A stretch of 64,000 bases of DNA from the human T2T-CHM13v2.0 reference genome, Homo sapiens (GCF_009914755.1 NC_060930.1), one strand, 5' to 3'. Positions 1-19,355 are shown, counted from the stretch's first letter. Made by a program: numbers and translations. The notes: generated by a model not told the origin, from the letters alone.

Positions 1-193
1 GATCTGGAGTTCTCGGTTTCCAAGCAAGACTGGTCGAGTCTAGGTCGGATTGGCTGCGATAGAACGAGGGGCAGGGGTTGTACCGAATCACAAAGCTAGG
101 ATTTTCATCTCTCTCTCTCGTTCTCTCTTAGTCTCCGCCCTCGAATCCTGGCAACAGGCGCGGTGAGTTTTTCTGAGAGGAACCCGGCCTGGG

Positions 194-207
194 GTTGCTA
201 TGGAGAT
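194..207 (+). promoter_or_regulatory. RFX X-box in RSPH4A promoter/5' region
   Basis: GTTGCTATGGAGAT closely matches the X-box palindrome GTTGCCATGGCAAC, about 140 nt before the ATG of a motile-cilia gene; half-site CCTGGCAAC at 147-155; reverse CCAAT (ATTGG) at 49-53. Confidence 0.75.
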
Positions 208-335
208 AGGACGCAGCAACTCACAGAGCAACCAGGACCCAGAAATCGCTTAAGAGACCGCGGCAAAGTAACTTAACTGAGTTGCCTTCTTCCATATTTT
301 CACGCCCCTTTCATCCAGAACATTTTTTTTCTTGA

Positions 336-1031
<696 letters not shown>

Positions 1032-1467
1032 TAAGTCTCAGAGGGAAAAAAGATAAATGTTTGGCAAAGCAAGAGGGTGTGTGAGTATCTCTGTGTGAGA
1101 GTGTGTTTCTGTGGGTGAATCAAAATATATTTGAAAGATTGTGTTAGTAAAAGAGAGTTAATGACATAACTCTGGATCACATGACTCAAAACAGGTCATT
1201 AATGGAGATTCTTGTACCTTCTTTTTCTTAACCTTTTTTTTTTTTTGTCCTTTTCCTCCAGCTTCTTTAAAGACCCTAGGCACACAACAAAATAAAACTT
1301 AGGAATTATGGAATCTCGGGCTTGAAAAAGACCATAAAGACCATAAAGTCCAAGCATCTCTCCAGGATGCTTGTGAAAAATAATTGTCTACCAGTGAAAG
1401 CAATCACGTCTCTCATCTGTAGATGCTATTGCTTGCATGGCTTTTGAGTTCCCAACCCAGGCAGTGC

Positions 1468-1560
1468 TAGGGTGACCACCATCTCAGTTTGGCTGAGCGC
1501 TGAAAGTTCTTTATCCTAAGAAACCCCTTAGTCCTCGCAAACTCGGAGAATTGGTCACTA
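1468..1560. mobile_element. short hAT-Blackjack MITE (MER81/MER94-like)
   Basis: termini TAGGGTGACCA ... TGGTCACTATA form an inverted repeat. Confidence 0.5.
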
Positions 1561-2172
1561 TACAAGCTACCTGGAACACATGCCATTTTATCCAAGTCTC
1601 TTAAAATGTGATGATCAATAGTCTACATATGTTCTGCCCATCCCATTATAGCTTTAATTTTAGAACTTATGACATGTATAGATTTCTATAGATTTTTTGC
1701 TTCCAGAGTTACATAATGATAGGGTCAGTAGAATTTTAGGGCTAGAAGGGCTTTTGGAAAACATCTAATACAACTCATTTGTTTTTGTAAATGAGGAGAC
1801 CAAGTCATGGAGAACCTAATTTGCTCAAGATTCCAGTGGCTAACAACACTTACCGACTCTTACCTCTCCCTCCATCACTAAGCTCTAGCCCCATGGCTGT
1901 TCCCTCTGCCCAGAAGGCTTCTTTTCTAAGTCTTTGGCTGGCTGGCTCCTCATTCTTCAGAACTCAGCTTCCATGGAACACTACTAAAAAGCTTATTCTT
2001 TTCCTTCATAGCATTTAATGTCATTTATAATTTTTTATACAGAGAGACAGACTTATATTTTAATATCTGACTCTCCCACTAGATTGGAGGCCCCCAGAGA
2101 GCAAGGACTCTGAATTTTGTATACCACTATATACTTAGTGGTAGCACAATGCTAGCAACTATTAAGAAGAAA

Positions 2173-3225
<1,053 letters not shown>

Positions 3226-3444
3226 CTAAGTTCTCACCATGATCTATTGGGGTGCTTCCTGATTAATCAGTAAATATTAATTAAATGCCTACTGAATCTA
3301 CAATGTGGCAAATATTTGCAGCTATTACTAGGCTTTAAGATATATGAGATATAATTTTAAAGTCTAAGGAATAAAAAAATTAATGTATGATGTGAGAAAT
3401 CTCATGAAATGTGAGATCAGTTTGAAATATTATTTATTAGTTAA

Positions 3445-3740
3445 TTTTTTTTTCTTTTGAGATGGAATCTCACTCTGTCGCTCAGGCTGGAGTTCAGTAG
3501 CACGATCTCGGCTCACTACAAGCTCTGCCTCCCAGGTTCACGCCATTCTCTTGCCTCAGCCTCCCAAGTAGCTGGGACTACAGGCGCCTGCCACCACACA
3601 TGGCTAATTTTTTTGTATTTTTGGTAGAGACACGGTTTCACTGTGTTAGCCAGGATGGTCTTGATCTCCTGACTTCGTGATCTGCCTGCCTCGGCCTCCC
3701 AAAGTGTTGGGATTACAGGCGTGAGCCACCACACCCAGCC
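3445..3740 (-). mobile_element. Alu (Y/Sc-like)
   Basis: dimeric Alu, TSD TATTAGTTAAT. Confidence 0.93.
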
Positions 3741-4557
3741 TATTAGTTAATATTTTAAACTACAATTTACTTAAGCTGCAAGAATGTAATTTGCTACTCC
3801 ATAGTGGACTCTACTTGAATTTCTGATATGAACTTCTTGTCATAATGCCCTATGTTAGATAGCAAGCCTGAATTTACAAACTGCTAAAATTGCAAAGGAA
3901 CACATTATAAATACTTGTGAGTTCACTAACAATTTAAAACAATGTGAAAACATAAAATTTTCTTTATTGAATTATTTTATAATTGATATTACTTACATAT
4001 CTAAATTTAATTTTATTTCCAAATGCTGTCTCTGAGGTAATAAGTGAATATCTTCCATAATATTCACTGTTATCCTCTAAGTACTTTAGTGCCTACAGTT
4101 TAAAATTGTTTAGTAAAAGATTACTTTAACTCCATCTCTTATATGCAGATCTAATTTGACAGCCATAAAAGCTATTTTTCATGGCAATTTAAACAATCTT
4201 TGACTGAAATATGGAATCTGAAAATGGTTTTTCATCATTGAACTAACAGGCTATAGGAAAGAATTGCTTCCTCCTTTTCTTCCATTTTTTTAAAAATAAA
4301 TTATTACTCCTCTCTAATAGAAAAAACTATAATTGTAAATTAAAACCTAATACATATATTTCATAATTTGACACAAAGGCATTTTCAGGTGTGGACTTGA
4401 ATAAAGCACATATATATATTATATTGAAACCTGAAAAATAAAATGAAAATTTGGACAGAGAGTCCCTGATGTGATGCCATCCACAGCTGCTACTGAAGCA
4501 AATCAAACCCTTTCATTATTAATCCAGCTATTGCCCGATAACCAACAGTGTTTTTAG

Positions 4558-4877
<320 letters not shown>

Positions 4878-6352
4878 TTCTCCATGAATTCCAACAGTGC
4901 ATGAATATTAAGGAAGCTTGATGAAGTTTTAAAGAAACTCCTAGTCAAAACATTTCTGTTCATTTACAAGAATTATTTGAGGAAGGAATTTTATATTCTT
5001 CAAATACTGTATAATATTTTAACTGCCCTTTACATTGATCTCCCATATAATATACATATTTTTCTTTGACATTTCTGAGGTCATTAGATAAATAGAGACG
5101 TTAAATGAAAAAGAAAAAACGAAAAATATAGCTTAGGTCAATTAATAGAAAGTAGACAATTATTGAACAACTGTTTATTTTGTTTCACTATAATAAGAGA
5201 GGAGTTATATAAAATCCTAAGCTTGGCTGTGAAGAACGTACTGCAGTTGCTGAATAGGAAATATATATGTATAAAATTTCAGAGCAGCATATCATTGTTC
5301 TCAGAAAGAACTCCTCTGAACTGGGGAAGGATGATTTTGGGGAATTACTTAAGTGCTAAGTCCCTAAGAATGAAAGGAGTTTTAAATTATTTTTTGAGAG
5401 AAATTATATATATGGTTCACAGCAAGCAAAAGCTCCCAGGTAGAACTTAGCAAATGTATGAAAGTAATTTTTATTAGAACGTCTAATTGAACTAATAATT
5501 AGAAACAAAGTTGGAGAGATACGATGCGTATCCACCAGAGAAGCAATTTATACAAATTTCCACATTGAACAGAGGATTTTTTTCTCAAGAAAAGAGCACT
5601 TTAACAGGACACAAGGATACTTTGACAGACATTTTGGCCTCTTAAAATTCACTTTGTAATTCTGGTATTTGAAAAAGCAAACACTAGCAGTTATATATAA
5701 AATGTAATGAATTACTGAGAGGATAGAGGCAATTTCACTAATTCAGTTGTGAAATAAAAATCTAGGGCAGTGTTTCGAATGGAATAGAACAAAATATTAG
5801 AGTGTATCACATTTCAATAAAGGTAAGTAATATTTAATGGCTTTTTTTGTTGTGTGTAAGTGGATGTTACAATATGAAATGCAAGATGGTCTGAGAAGCA
5901 CTGAAGTAGAAAATTGGCTTTAAAAATAAAATGGAAAGGAAGAGAACAGATCTTAAAGACAGAGTCAACAAGATTAGAAATCAAATTGGATTTGGTGAGC
6001 GGAGGGGAAGGGGAATGGAAAAGAAGTTATGATAAAAAGTGAAAAATAATGTTAATCACTTTGAAATATATAACCAAAAGATTGTAATTTCAGAAATAAA
6101 ATGTGAAAATGTACCTGATGTGGAATACGTATCGTGCTCTAAAATGTTTTTCTTTAATAAGTTAAACATCCTTATGATATTGGAATCATTTCCTAAGGAA
6201 AACTCTAGGATAAGTTATTTCTGGCATAGTAGAAATTATCTTAAGTGTTTATCCTCTGAAAATCTCTGAAGACTTCAAGTTATTGAAGTTCCTTAAAAAC
6301 AAACTGAGTCTGCAAATAGTTGTTCAATAATTGCCTACTTCCTATTAATTGA

Positions 6353-6745
<393 letters not shown>

Positions 6746-6821
6746 TAATAATAAACCTTAGGATTTTATTTGGGACGAATGGCTGTGGCTTTAAATTCAT
6801 ACCAACTGTATTTTATAGCTT

Positions 6822-7107
6822 GTTTTGTTTTGTTTTGTTTTGTTTTGTTTAGACAGGCTCCCAGGCTTGGAGTACAATGGCGTGATCTTGGCTCACTGCA
6901 GCCTCTGCCTCTCAGGGTCAAGCAATTCTCCTGAGTAGCTGGGACTTCAGGCACGTGCCACCATGCCCAGCTAATTTTTGTATTTTTAGTAGAGATGGGG
7001 TTTCGCCGTATTGGCCAAGCTGGTCTCAAACTCCTGACCTCAAGTGATCTGCCTACCTTGGCCTCCCAGAATGTTGGGATTACAGGCGTGAGCTACTGCA
7101 CCTGGCC
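6822..7107 (-). mobile_element. AluS with (GTTTT)n tail
   Basis: dimeric Alu, TSD TTATAGCTT. Confidence 0.92.
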
Positions 7108-8479
7108 CTTATAGCTTCTTACATAGTATTTACATCTTATTTTTTAAAAATTCTTCAAGTCCTCTTTAGTCAAACTCTTTTCACACTACTCATTTCCTTG
7201 ATTAGGGATTTCTTGTTTTTTTCATACTGTGTTTTAGTATTTTGCAAGCTATAACAGATTGTTATATGTTTGTATGCTAAGCTCCTTGACATTAGAGTAA
7301 AGGATTTCTTCACATTTTATATTCTCCAAGGTGCCTGGTACAGATCTGGATGTATAGCTATTTTTGCTAAAGATTTGTTGAATAATGAATAAATGTTAGA
7401 TAATTAAAATCAGGTTTTAAAACAAGTTGCATGTTTATTAGAAAATTTAGAAGCACTTCTAATATCATTTGTATTTTCTTCTAAGACAAGCTCCTTATAT
7501 TATGACTTGATATTATGTATATTACATCAATGGGATGTAATACAAGAGGAGAGGAGTAAAATACTTTTTAAAATCTTCATAGACAAAATTTTGAAAATAT
7601 TTGGAGAAAAAGTTGGTGACAGAGATTGAAAAAAGCTATAATTAGAGAATAAAATCTTATACATCACAGAAATTTTAACTTCAAATGTTTCAAAATAGTA
7701 TTGGCTATTCTGTTTCCTAAATACTCATATACTTGTAATTTGTTCACATCTGCTGAACGTATATTCAGTACCACTAGATTATTTAAGATGTGTCTATATA
7801 CTTTCAAATTTGATGTTTGGAATAAGGTATTTTCAAAACAGCACTCTGTCAGGGAAAAGATAAGGGAGACAGTAGATGCTTTCTCCAGGCTAAGCAGCCT
7901 ATGAGGAGAGACCTAACTGATGCAGTAAGACCTGTAGTACTCATACAGAAGGAACAGGTGATAGGTGTCAAGGAGTTGACATTAGACAGTTTCAACAAGG
8001 TGGCAGTTGGTTATGTAGCCATATCCAGTGATGATGAGTCTGGGAGCAAACAGCATATGGAGATGAGGCAGATAGGCAGGCATTCTCATACAGGAGTTAA
8101 TCAAAGAAAGTTCAGACTCCAGGGTAAGAATGGGTGCCCTTTATAGGCACAGAATTACAAGGTAGGGCTTTGCATCCTAAAACTAGGATATGGGGTGAGA
8201 ATACAAATAAGCTGTTTTGATCATGGGACCTGGGCCCTTTAACTAGATTCCATACATCTTCCTAATAAGGGATAAGATTGACTTTAAAGCCTGGAACAGC
8301 TGAGTCATCAGGTGAAGATTAAAAGCTCCACCTCAGAAAGTAGAAAGAGGCAGGAACAGATAGAGAGACAGGTCTCTCTGATGCATTGAAATATGAGCTA
8401 TATGACCAACCTGTCCCTGACTTATATGTTTAGAGTGTTCACGTTTTTATTCCTGCCTTTGACCACACCAGAATTCGTT

Positions 8480-9850
8480 TGCTTAGTCTTCAGCATTCAT
8501 TTATTCATTCACCCATTTATTCATACACTATGTGACTACTGCATACCAAGTACTGAGATATACATGGGAAAAAGGCTTTTCTGACTTTAAGTTGCTTAAA
8601 ATTTACAGAAAGGCAAAAAAGACTGGAAAGCCATTTGATTAGTGCAATAAAGAGACAGCCTCATATGATGGAGTAAACATGGGCTTTGGAGGTAGCCAGA
8701 TCTGAGCTAGAATCCTAGTTCAACTAGCTTGCTAGTTGTGTGATTTTGAGCAAGAGGCTAAACTTTCCAAGCCTTAAGGATAATCAAGTGGCTAAACCCT
8801 GAGGGACAGAGGTAGTATATATAAAGGATTTGGCTTATAATAGGAACTTAATAATAGCAATTGTTATTATATTCTTTTGACAACACGATAAATGACAGAA
8901 TGGAACAACTAACTCTGCTATTGGTCATTGGGCAAGGCTTTTTAGTGGAGGTAATATTTCATTTGGGCCATGAAGGATAAGCAGGAGTTCACCAGGTGAA
9001 GACTCTTAGAAATTAAATTCTTAGAAAAAGGAACAATAAAATAATTAGGAAAGATTATTTAATGTTTGGAAAAGTCGATTGTGGGTTTGAGAGAGTGATG
9101 GAAATGAAGCAAACAGAGTGCTTAAAGCCAGACTGTTCTTTGTGCATTGATAAGTAACTTCTTTCTTGTAAACAGTAAGAAGTTTTTAAATAGAGAATAG
9201 CATGGTCTGACTTTTGGTTTAGAAAGATAACTCTGATCATAATATGAAAGATAATGAAAAAAGAAAGGTAGAATGGGGCCAGGAGGAGAACGTTAGAAGC
9301 CTTCTGCTATAGCACAAGTAGTGAGGATGGTGACTAATACAGTATAACTGAATACAAGAGGAGGAAATAATGCCAACAAATTTTTATGTGCTAGAATCAA
9401 TAGGAATCTAACTACTTAAATATTGAAGATCAAGGGAGTCAGAGGAAGCAAGGATGACCGAACTTTCTGGTGTGAGAAACTGAGATGTCACTGGCGAAGA
9501 AAGAGTACATAGAAAAAAGAGAAAACTTTGAGATGTGAATTAAATATTAAACTGAGGTATCTTTAGAATACTCAAGTGAAATTTCTCAGAAGTGGCTAGA
9601 AATATGTGTAGAATATGGGAGAAAAGTCAGAGTTAGAGAAACTTTAAACAGCCACTTATCACTTGAAGTGGTGTGGAGAACTCTTCCAAGCATAAAGAGT
9701 TGAGAGATGCGATAAGTGAAAAGGATATTTTGACAACATCAACATTTGGAGCTCAAGAAATAAGGGAGCAATTAAAGAGACTTAAGATGAAATAGTTCTA
9801 GAGGGCCAAGTGGGATCAAGAGTGAGTGGTACAGCAAATGTCAAGGAAAG
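8480..9850. mobile_element. degraded L2 with MIR fragment
   Basis: CATTCATTTATTCATTCA L2-end pattern, purine-rich L2-like body, MIR core near 8670-8870. Confidence 0.5.
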
Positions 9851-10015
9851 ACTTTTGCAATCCTACATCAAGGCGATGAGGATTTTCAAAAGTCGTTATA
9901 CTTATTTTGACACTACAATTATAAGAGCATATCATTTGTAAGAACAGCAGAGCTCTCAAGTTTTTCATCTTGAGGGTCAAGGTTTCTCTTGCAAGTTATC
10001 TTGACCTGTAGTTGA

Positions 10016-10344
<329 letters not shown>

Positions 10345-10904
10345 TTCACAAATGTGTTTCTATGGTCCATTTAAGACTCTGCTTATTCATTTCTCTGTAT
10401 TTCTTTTGTGGAATTTTTTAATTTTTCTCATTATTTTAAATTCAAAATAATTTATTATAAGTAGAAGGAGCATCTGACTACATTATGTCTTCAAGTATAG
10501 ACATGAGCACTTTATTACATGTTCATTTTATTTATTCCATACATTACATTATACAGGATACTATATTTTTAGTGATCCTATAAAACCATGCACTTAATAA
10601 ATGTTTATTATTTTTAAAGATATATAGTAATATAGACATATGGAAAACCATATTTTGTTCTAAATATATGTGTACATAGTTATTCTACATCTTCTTTTAG
10701 GATAGTAAGGGAGTCACTTATTTTTTATAAAACAGGAATGTTGAATTTTTATTATTCATAGTAATTATTAAACTTTCTCTACCTAAAATATACACATAAA
10801 CAAGGTAGCTATTATACATTAATGAGTATAAGATACAAGAGAAGCTACATTTATAAATAATGAGAGAAGAACAGAAATTCAGGAATTATCATACTTTGAC
10901 CTAA

Positions 10905-11199
<295 letters not shown>

Positions 11200-11311
11200 A
11201 ATTTGATCTAAATCTTGAGAGAAATGTCAAAGAAGTGGTGGAGAAAGTAGAATATCGAGATACATGAAAAAGACAAGGGAAGCAAGCATTTGTCTTATTG
11301 ATAAATTTTAA

Positions 11312-12136
<825 letters not shown>

Positions 12137-13240
12137 TAATGCACAAAGACATACAAAATAAAGGCCTTTGGACTCTATTTAATAGGCAGGAAAAGAGATA
12201 ATTAAAAACACAGCCAAAAATGCAGAGTAATATACAATTGCCAGTGTCTATATAATTGTCTATATAACTGAAGGTCCCAGGGATCTCCAAACAGACTTTA
12301 TTTTCTATTTGAAAATAAAACACATTCTTCTATGGAGCGTTTGACAGATGATGTACAGATTTAGATTTGTGTGTTCTGAAATTACTCAATTTTTATATGT
12401 TTAATATAGATGGGTACATTAATTTTGAAAATAGTTCTTTAATTTTATCTCTATAATACATGTAGCTTTTGTGCCAAGAACAATAAGGGATTGTAACAAA
12501 AACAAAAAGCAAGGAAACAGTGCTGTATAGCAGTTATATAATACCTATTGTGCCAGGTGTGTGTGTGTTGGGGTGTGTGTTTGTGCGTGTGTACAAGATT
12601 TAATCTTCACAGCAACCCCATGACATAGTATTATTATCCTTAATTTTCAGATGAGGAAATTGAAAGAGAGTTTAGGAAATGTGACAAAAGGAACATAACT
12701 AATAGGGAACAGAATCAGATGTGAGGCTGCACAGAGTGGACCCAGTGCATCCACTTAACCCCTGTGCTATATTACCTCATCTGCAGGTAGAAAATCTTCG
12801 TTATACTTTGATCTAGATAAGAGATACTCTTAGCTTTCTCTACATAAGAGCTAACTGAGACATTATAAACCCTAAACCTCCATAAATAATCTTACCACAT
12901 TTAAATGTTATTGTTAATAATAATAATCATAATAGCTTTAGCTCTCTCACATAAATTATTTACCACAAACCAGTAAAATACACTCTTACCTTTTTCACTA
13001 AGGTTCTGCTAATTTTAAAATATAAGTGATAATTTAAAAATACACATTCTGTGACTTCAAGAATTTGGCAAATTCTTAAAATAAATAGCACGGTCCTTTC
13101 CTTGAAACAACCTAGATCAAAATAGCACTTGGAAAATGTATGTAGAATGAATGAATGAATAATTGATTAAATTCCCACAGAGTTACACTTCATCCTGATC
13201 AATTCAAATGAATAATCTGAAATTTTAAGGTCCCCATTAG

Positions 13241-13417
<177 letters not shown>

Positions 13418-14104
13418 TAACTATTATCACACACAGACACACAAACAATATAATATACTGTGTGCATTATATAGTAAATATGAGAGTCGGAAAGCTCTAA
13501 AAACTGGACAGGAGCCAAGGTCTCATCCTCTTCCCATTCATGTTCTGGGATGATAGGGAGTGAAGAATGTAGCTGGCCACATCAATGTTCTCTGACAGAG
13601 GTTGAAGGAGTCATGCAGACAGGAAACATAAGTTGGCTGTAGCGCTTTCTGGAAATGCTGACAATTGTCTCCTTTATTATTCTTGTCTTGCATTCTGCAG
13701 ACCATAAACAAATGGCATAAATATTCTTCGTCCTGGTTTTTAAAAACTCTACTCTCATTCCTATATTCTTGTCTCTTTCCCTTCAGTTTTGGAGTATTTG
13801 TGCTTGCAACCCTTGATCTTATTCATATTAATGATGTACCTTTCATTGGGCCATCAAATATTACTCACTCTACCACATAAGCCTCCTTTCCCTTAATAAA
13901 ACTTCTTGTCTTGTTTGCAAAAATGGAGATGTATATTTCAAATTCCATTGTTCCAAAACATTCATGAAGTACCCTCCTGATTTTGTTAAGTTGCTGCTGT
14001 TTTTTCTTTCTGTATCAAGTATGTGTGTATCTGTGTGTGTGCATGCATGTGTGTGTGTGTGTATTTATAAAAATAGCTTACACAGTAGATTCTTGTCTAG
14101 TTAG

Positions 14105-14257
<153 letters not shown>

Positions 14258-14316
14258 TAAGTATCTGACCACTTACAAAGCCATTTCTGTGATTAGTTAA
14301 GCTCTGGAAATTATAA

Positions 14317-14698
<382 letters not shown>

Positions 14699-15883
14699 GC
14701 TACTATCGTTTTAACTCATCTTTGGCATATTATGTGTGTGTGGCATAAAATTTATTAAAATAACATCTGTGATACACAATAAAACATCAAATTCAGGACA
14801 TTAAGTAGTAATTTGGACTTTTACCCTTTCATCTTAATTATCCAATTTGTTGAAATAAAATATGGTTTTTCATCATTGATTATTTGGGTAATGACTTATT
14901 CACTTAGTAGATTAATGGAGGTATTTCTAAGCAATGTTTAGTTTAAATCTCAGATCATTTCTGGAGAGAAAGCTGAGCGGCCAGGTGTTAGAGTAGCCAT
15001 TAAAGCAACAAGCTAAAAATGAGAGTTAAGCCTTTAATCATTTACTGTGATAGTATAAACAAGAGAAAGCTTTGACATCCCCCTGTTCCATTTTCCCCCA
15101 TGGAATGGCCCTCTATTGGAGAGTCAGGTGGATCAGCACAGATATGGCTATCATAGATGTGGAGGTGCTGGGGTCATCTCATTGACAAGGGAATCCTCAA
15201 ACGGCTCCTGCAGTTTTACAGACCTGGAGACCAAGAGGAGGATGAGAGGGCTAGAAGTGAAAAAGTGCTGAGCACAGAGAGCAGAGAAAGGAGGGGCTGG
15301 AAAGGCCTCTGCTGAAGGCCTCAGATAAAGAGACCTAGGAACGGAAGCACCTGGTCTAGGAATGCAAACATTGAAGAGCATGACGAGCCAAAGGGGCCAG
15401 CGTCCTTGACTGCAACTTCCCGTAAAGACAGCAGTGCATTGTACTCCAAGTCTGATGTGCCAGGTAAACTCTTTGTGATTGCCTATGGTCATGCCTAAAA
15501 AAAAGTAACACATAGGTTTCTAACCACAAGCCCAACTCCTTGCCCAACCAGGAGTTTGCACAGTTAGCTATTTTTATATCTTTCTAACTTTGTGGAAGGT
15601 AGTAACTTTTTTTTTTCCTCCCCTGAAAATAATTGAAGGAAGAAAGGCTTTTGCTTGTGGTCTAGGTGTAGGGTACATTTTAACAGTATCTGGCCCCATG
15701 GTTTTTTTTTTTAACCAGCTTAGGCAGTTTGGATGAAAACAATTCCCTGTGGTAGAAGAATCATTGAGGAATATTTCACTTCTAGCATTTTACATGTATT
15801 GCTTTTTTAAATTATAGGACCATGATATTCTAAGCACTTTAATATTACAGAAGGGTCAGTTTTTCTGAGAAATTATATAATGA

Positions 15884-16150
<267 letters not shown>

Positions 16151-16481
16151 TAAACATAAAATTAGCCTGGTTTTATGTGACACTGATACACACACACCCC
16201 TTATATGGGACTAATTTTACACTTTTCTGTGTTATGTGTGTATATACATACACATGTAAGAAATTATTCAACTGCAAAATCTCAATCTTGAAAATCAAGC
16301 TTGAAATTTCATAGGTAGAAATATTAGCATTTTTATTGAAAGATACTCACAGGATTTTCCAGAGGCTAAATAACATGCAATTGCATAATTGTTCTGAGGG
16401 TTATGGATAATGGAATATGTGTTTGTACATTCCTGTTTTTAAAAGGGCTCAGGTTTCACATGGTCCAGGTGAGGTAAAACA

Positions 16482-16500
16482 ATTAAAATAAATAAATAAA
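16482..16500 (+). terminator. RSPH4A: candidate RSPH4A polyadenylation signals
   Basis: ATTAAA followed by overlapping AATAAA hexamers about 340 nt after the stop; the cleavage site cannot be determined from sequence alone. Confidence 0.5.
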
Positions 16501-16808
16501 TGGTCTCAGGTTTAATTTGTAATACGACAAACACTGGAAGATATAACCCACAGGAAATTCTTGGAAACATCAATACTTTTTAAAGAGTGTCAAGGGGTAT
16601 GAAGACAAAAAATATTGATAGTCACTAGAGTAATGTATTCTTAACCTTTGTAAGAACTGATCTCAGCATGTATTCTTAAACCTTTGTAATTACCTATGGT
16701 GTGGACTGTGATATTGTGTGCAAACACTTTACAGCATATATATTCATTTTTCCTGCTTGAGATAGTATCATAATTCTGTCACCTGCTTAAAACTGTAGGA
16801 ACACTCAA

Positions 16809-17030
<222 letters not shown>

Positions 17031-17626
17031 AAATTTTTAACTCTTTTGTTACTTCTCAAAAAGTCTTCTCAGACTCCTCTTTCATCCTACAGAAATTGAT
17101 TTGAACTGATTAGGGAAAAATGATTTGCTTTGCACAGATATGGTTAGCTGGAGATAGCCAGAGACTTGACTTATATTTTCTAGCACTACTTCTCTAAAAC
17201 ATTATCTTCCCTCACTAAAAAAGCATTTTTAAGTCCTGTATGTACCAGATATACCTGTGGCTATGACTAAAAACTAGGCACTACTCTTGAAATCATAGAG
17301 CTTTCATTGAAGAGAGAACTATAAAAAGGTAAATAGAAATGTAAAATCAATCGCAATTTAGCAAGTATTGTGATACAAATATTACAGGTAACACAGAACA
17401 GTGCTTCTCAAATTCTACAGTAAAGGAATTTTGCTAAGTTAAAAAATAATTCCAATCCATTACTGTTGTTTTTTAAAAATAAAATGACACAGCAGTTCTC
17501 AATGTCTGTACTTACCTTGCCACAGACCTTCAGTTTGCAGATCACAGATCTGCACCCGGAGTAACACTGTTGTCAAACACAAGGTGCACTGAATTCAGAT
17601 TTCAGCAAGTCAGGAAGCACTTCTAA

Positions 17627-17645
17627 GAGCCACCAGGTGGAGTGC
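17627..17645 (+). promoter_or_regulatory. candidate CTCF site between the convergent 3' ends
   Basis: GAGCCACCAGGTGGAGTGC matches the CTCF core CCASYAGRKGGC apart from the last base. Confidence 0.5.
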
Positions 17646-17930
17646 TATGGGAGAAGGTTCTTGGTGGCATCAGCTGCATCCTGGCAAAGGACTTTTGGCT
17701 GAAAGGAATGAAATTTCAACCGCAAGAAGTGGTGAGAGATGAGCCTGCAGAGGCAAAGAGGGGCTAGAGTGTGTGGAAGTCTGGATTTTACCCATGAACA
17801 GTGAAGAGGATTACACTAGAAAGTCACACAAATATTTGTATTTGAGAACATTTTGGCTACAGTGTAGATGGATGAGAGAGAATCCAGATTTGAGACAAGG
17901 AGACCAGTTAGGAGGTTATCACATTATCTA

Positions 17931-18403
<473 letters not shown>

Positions 18404-19349
18404 AAAACTGGTTACCAGTCTGAAGGACAGAACATTAGGAAAGATGGTTTCCAGAATTAAATTGGCAATACTATTTCATTCTTGAAGTGCAACTTTCATT
18501 CTTTGTTGGCATACCTAAAATTCACAAAACTTCATTCATGTTGGTTGTTATTCATTTTTTCATGACATAGTAGACATGTTCTTTAGTGTTGCTTAATATC
18601 CATTTCATTACCTACCCTGATTTCCTTTTGAGGAACTGCCTCTGTCCCATTAAATAGTCTCATGCCAATCAGATGTAGCCTCTCTGGGATCTAAATTATG
18701 GGCTCCTAACCAGATTGTTCCTTCTACAAATTAGACCATATTCTAGTTTCCACAGTTGGCTTGGTTCCAGCTAAGTTCTACCCATGGACTGTGAGCTTCT
18801 GGTAGTTTTTTGATGAATTACATTGGCCAGGATTCTTGGTTGCAACCACATGTGGCATGTCCAACAAGAAGTGGAAAGTTTCTTTTCTACAGAACACATT
18901 AAACACAAGACTCTAAATCACAGTTGTATAGTTAGTATAAACACTTAATCAATGCAAATCCTTCTTTATAGAACTATGCCTGTTAAATATTATTTCTAAG
19001 CAGTGAGGAAGAAATTTTACTATATATGTTCTCTAACGGAAGACAGCCAAATAGTTTAATGGTAAGAGTTTGGTTGGAAGTGAGATAGCCTAGGTTCATA
19101 CCCTGGATCAAGATTTTTCTTGAGCAAATTACTAACCTCTCAGGGCTTTAGCTTGCTTCTTCATGGGCCTAATAATAGTACTTGTCTCACAGAACTATTC
19201 TGAAGATTAAACTAAGTAATATATGTAACATACTAAGAGTACCTAACAAAAGTAAGGACCCAATGCATATTAGCTTACAGCTATAAAATAAAACTGGTTT
19301 CCGAAACATAGATAAGAAAAACAAAATCCACAATGCAAAAACAAGACAT

Positions 19350-19355
19350 TTTATT
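19350..19355 (-). terminator. ZUP1: ZUP1 polyadenylation signal AATAAA
   Basis: TTTATT on plus, about 190 nt past the stop, followed on the minus strand by a GT/T-rich tract. Confidence 0.85.

Noticed and set aside
15151-15513. 120-aa minus-strand ORF in RSPH4A intron 5
   Set aside because: No recognisable domain; the region looks like a degraded LTR-type relic that I cannot assign
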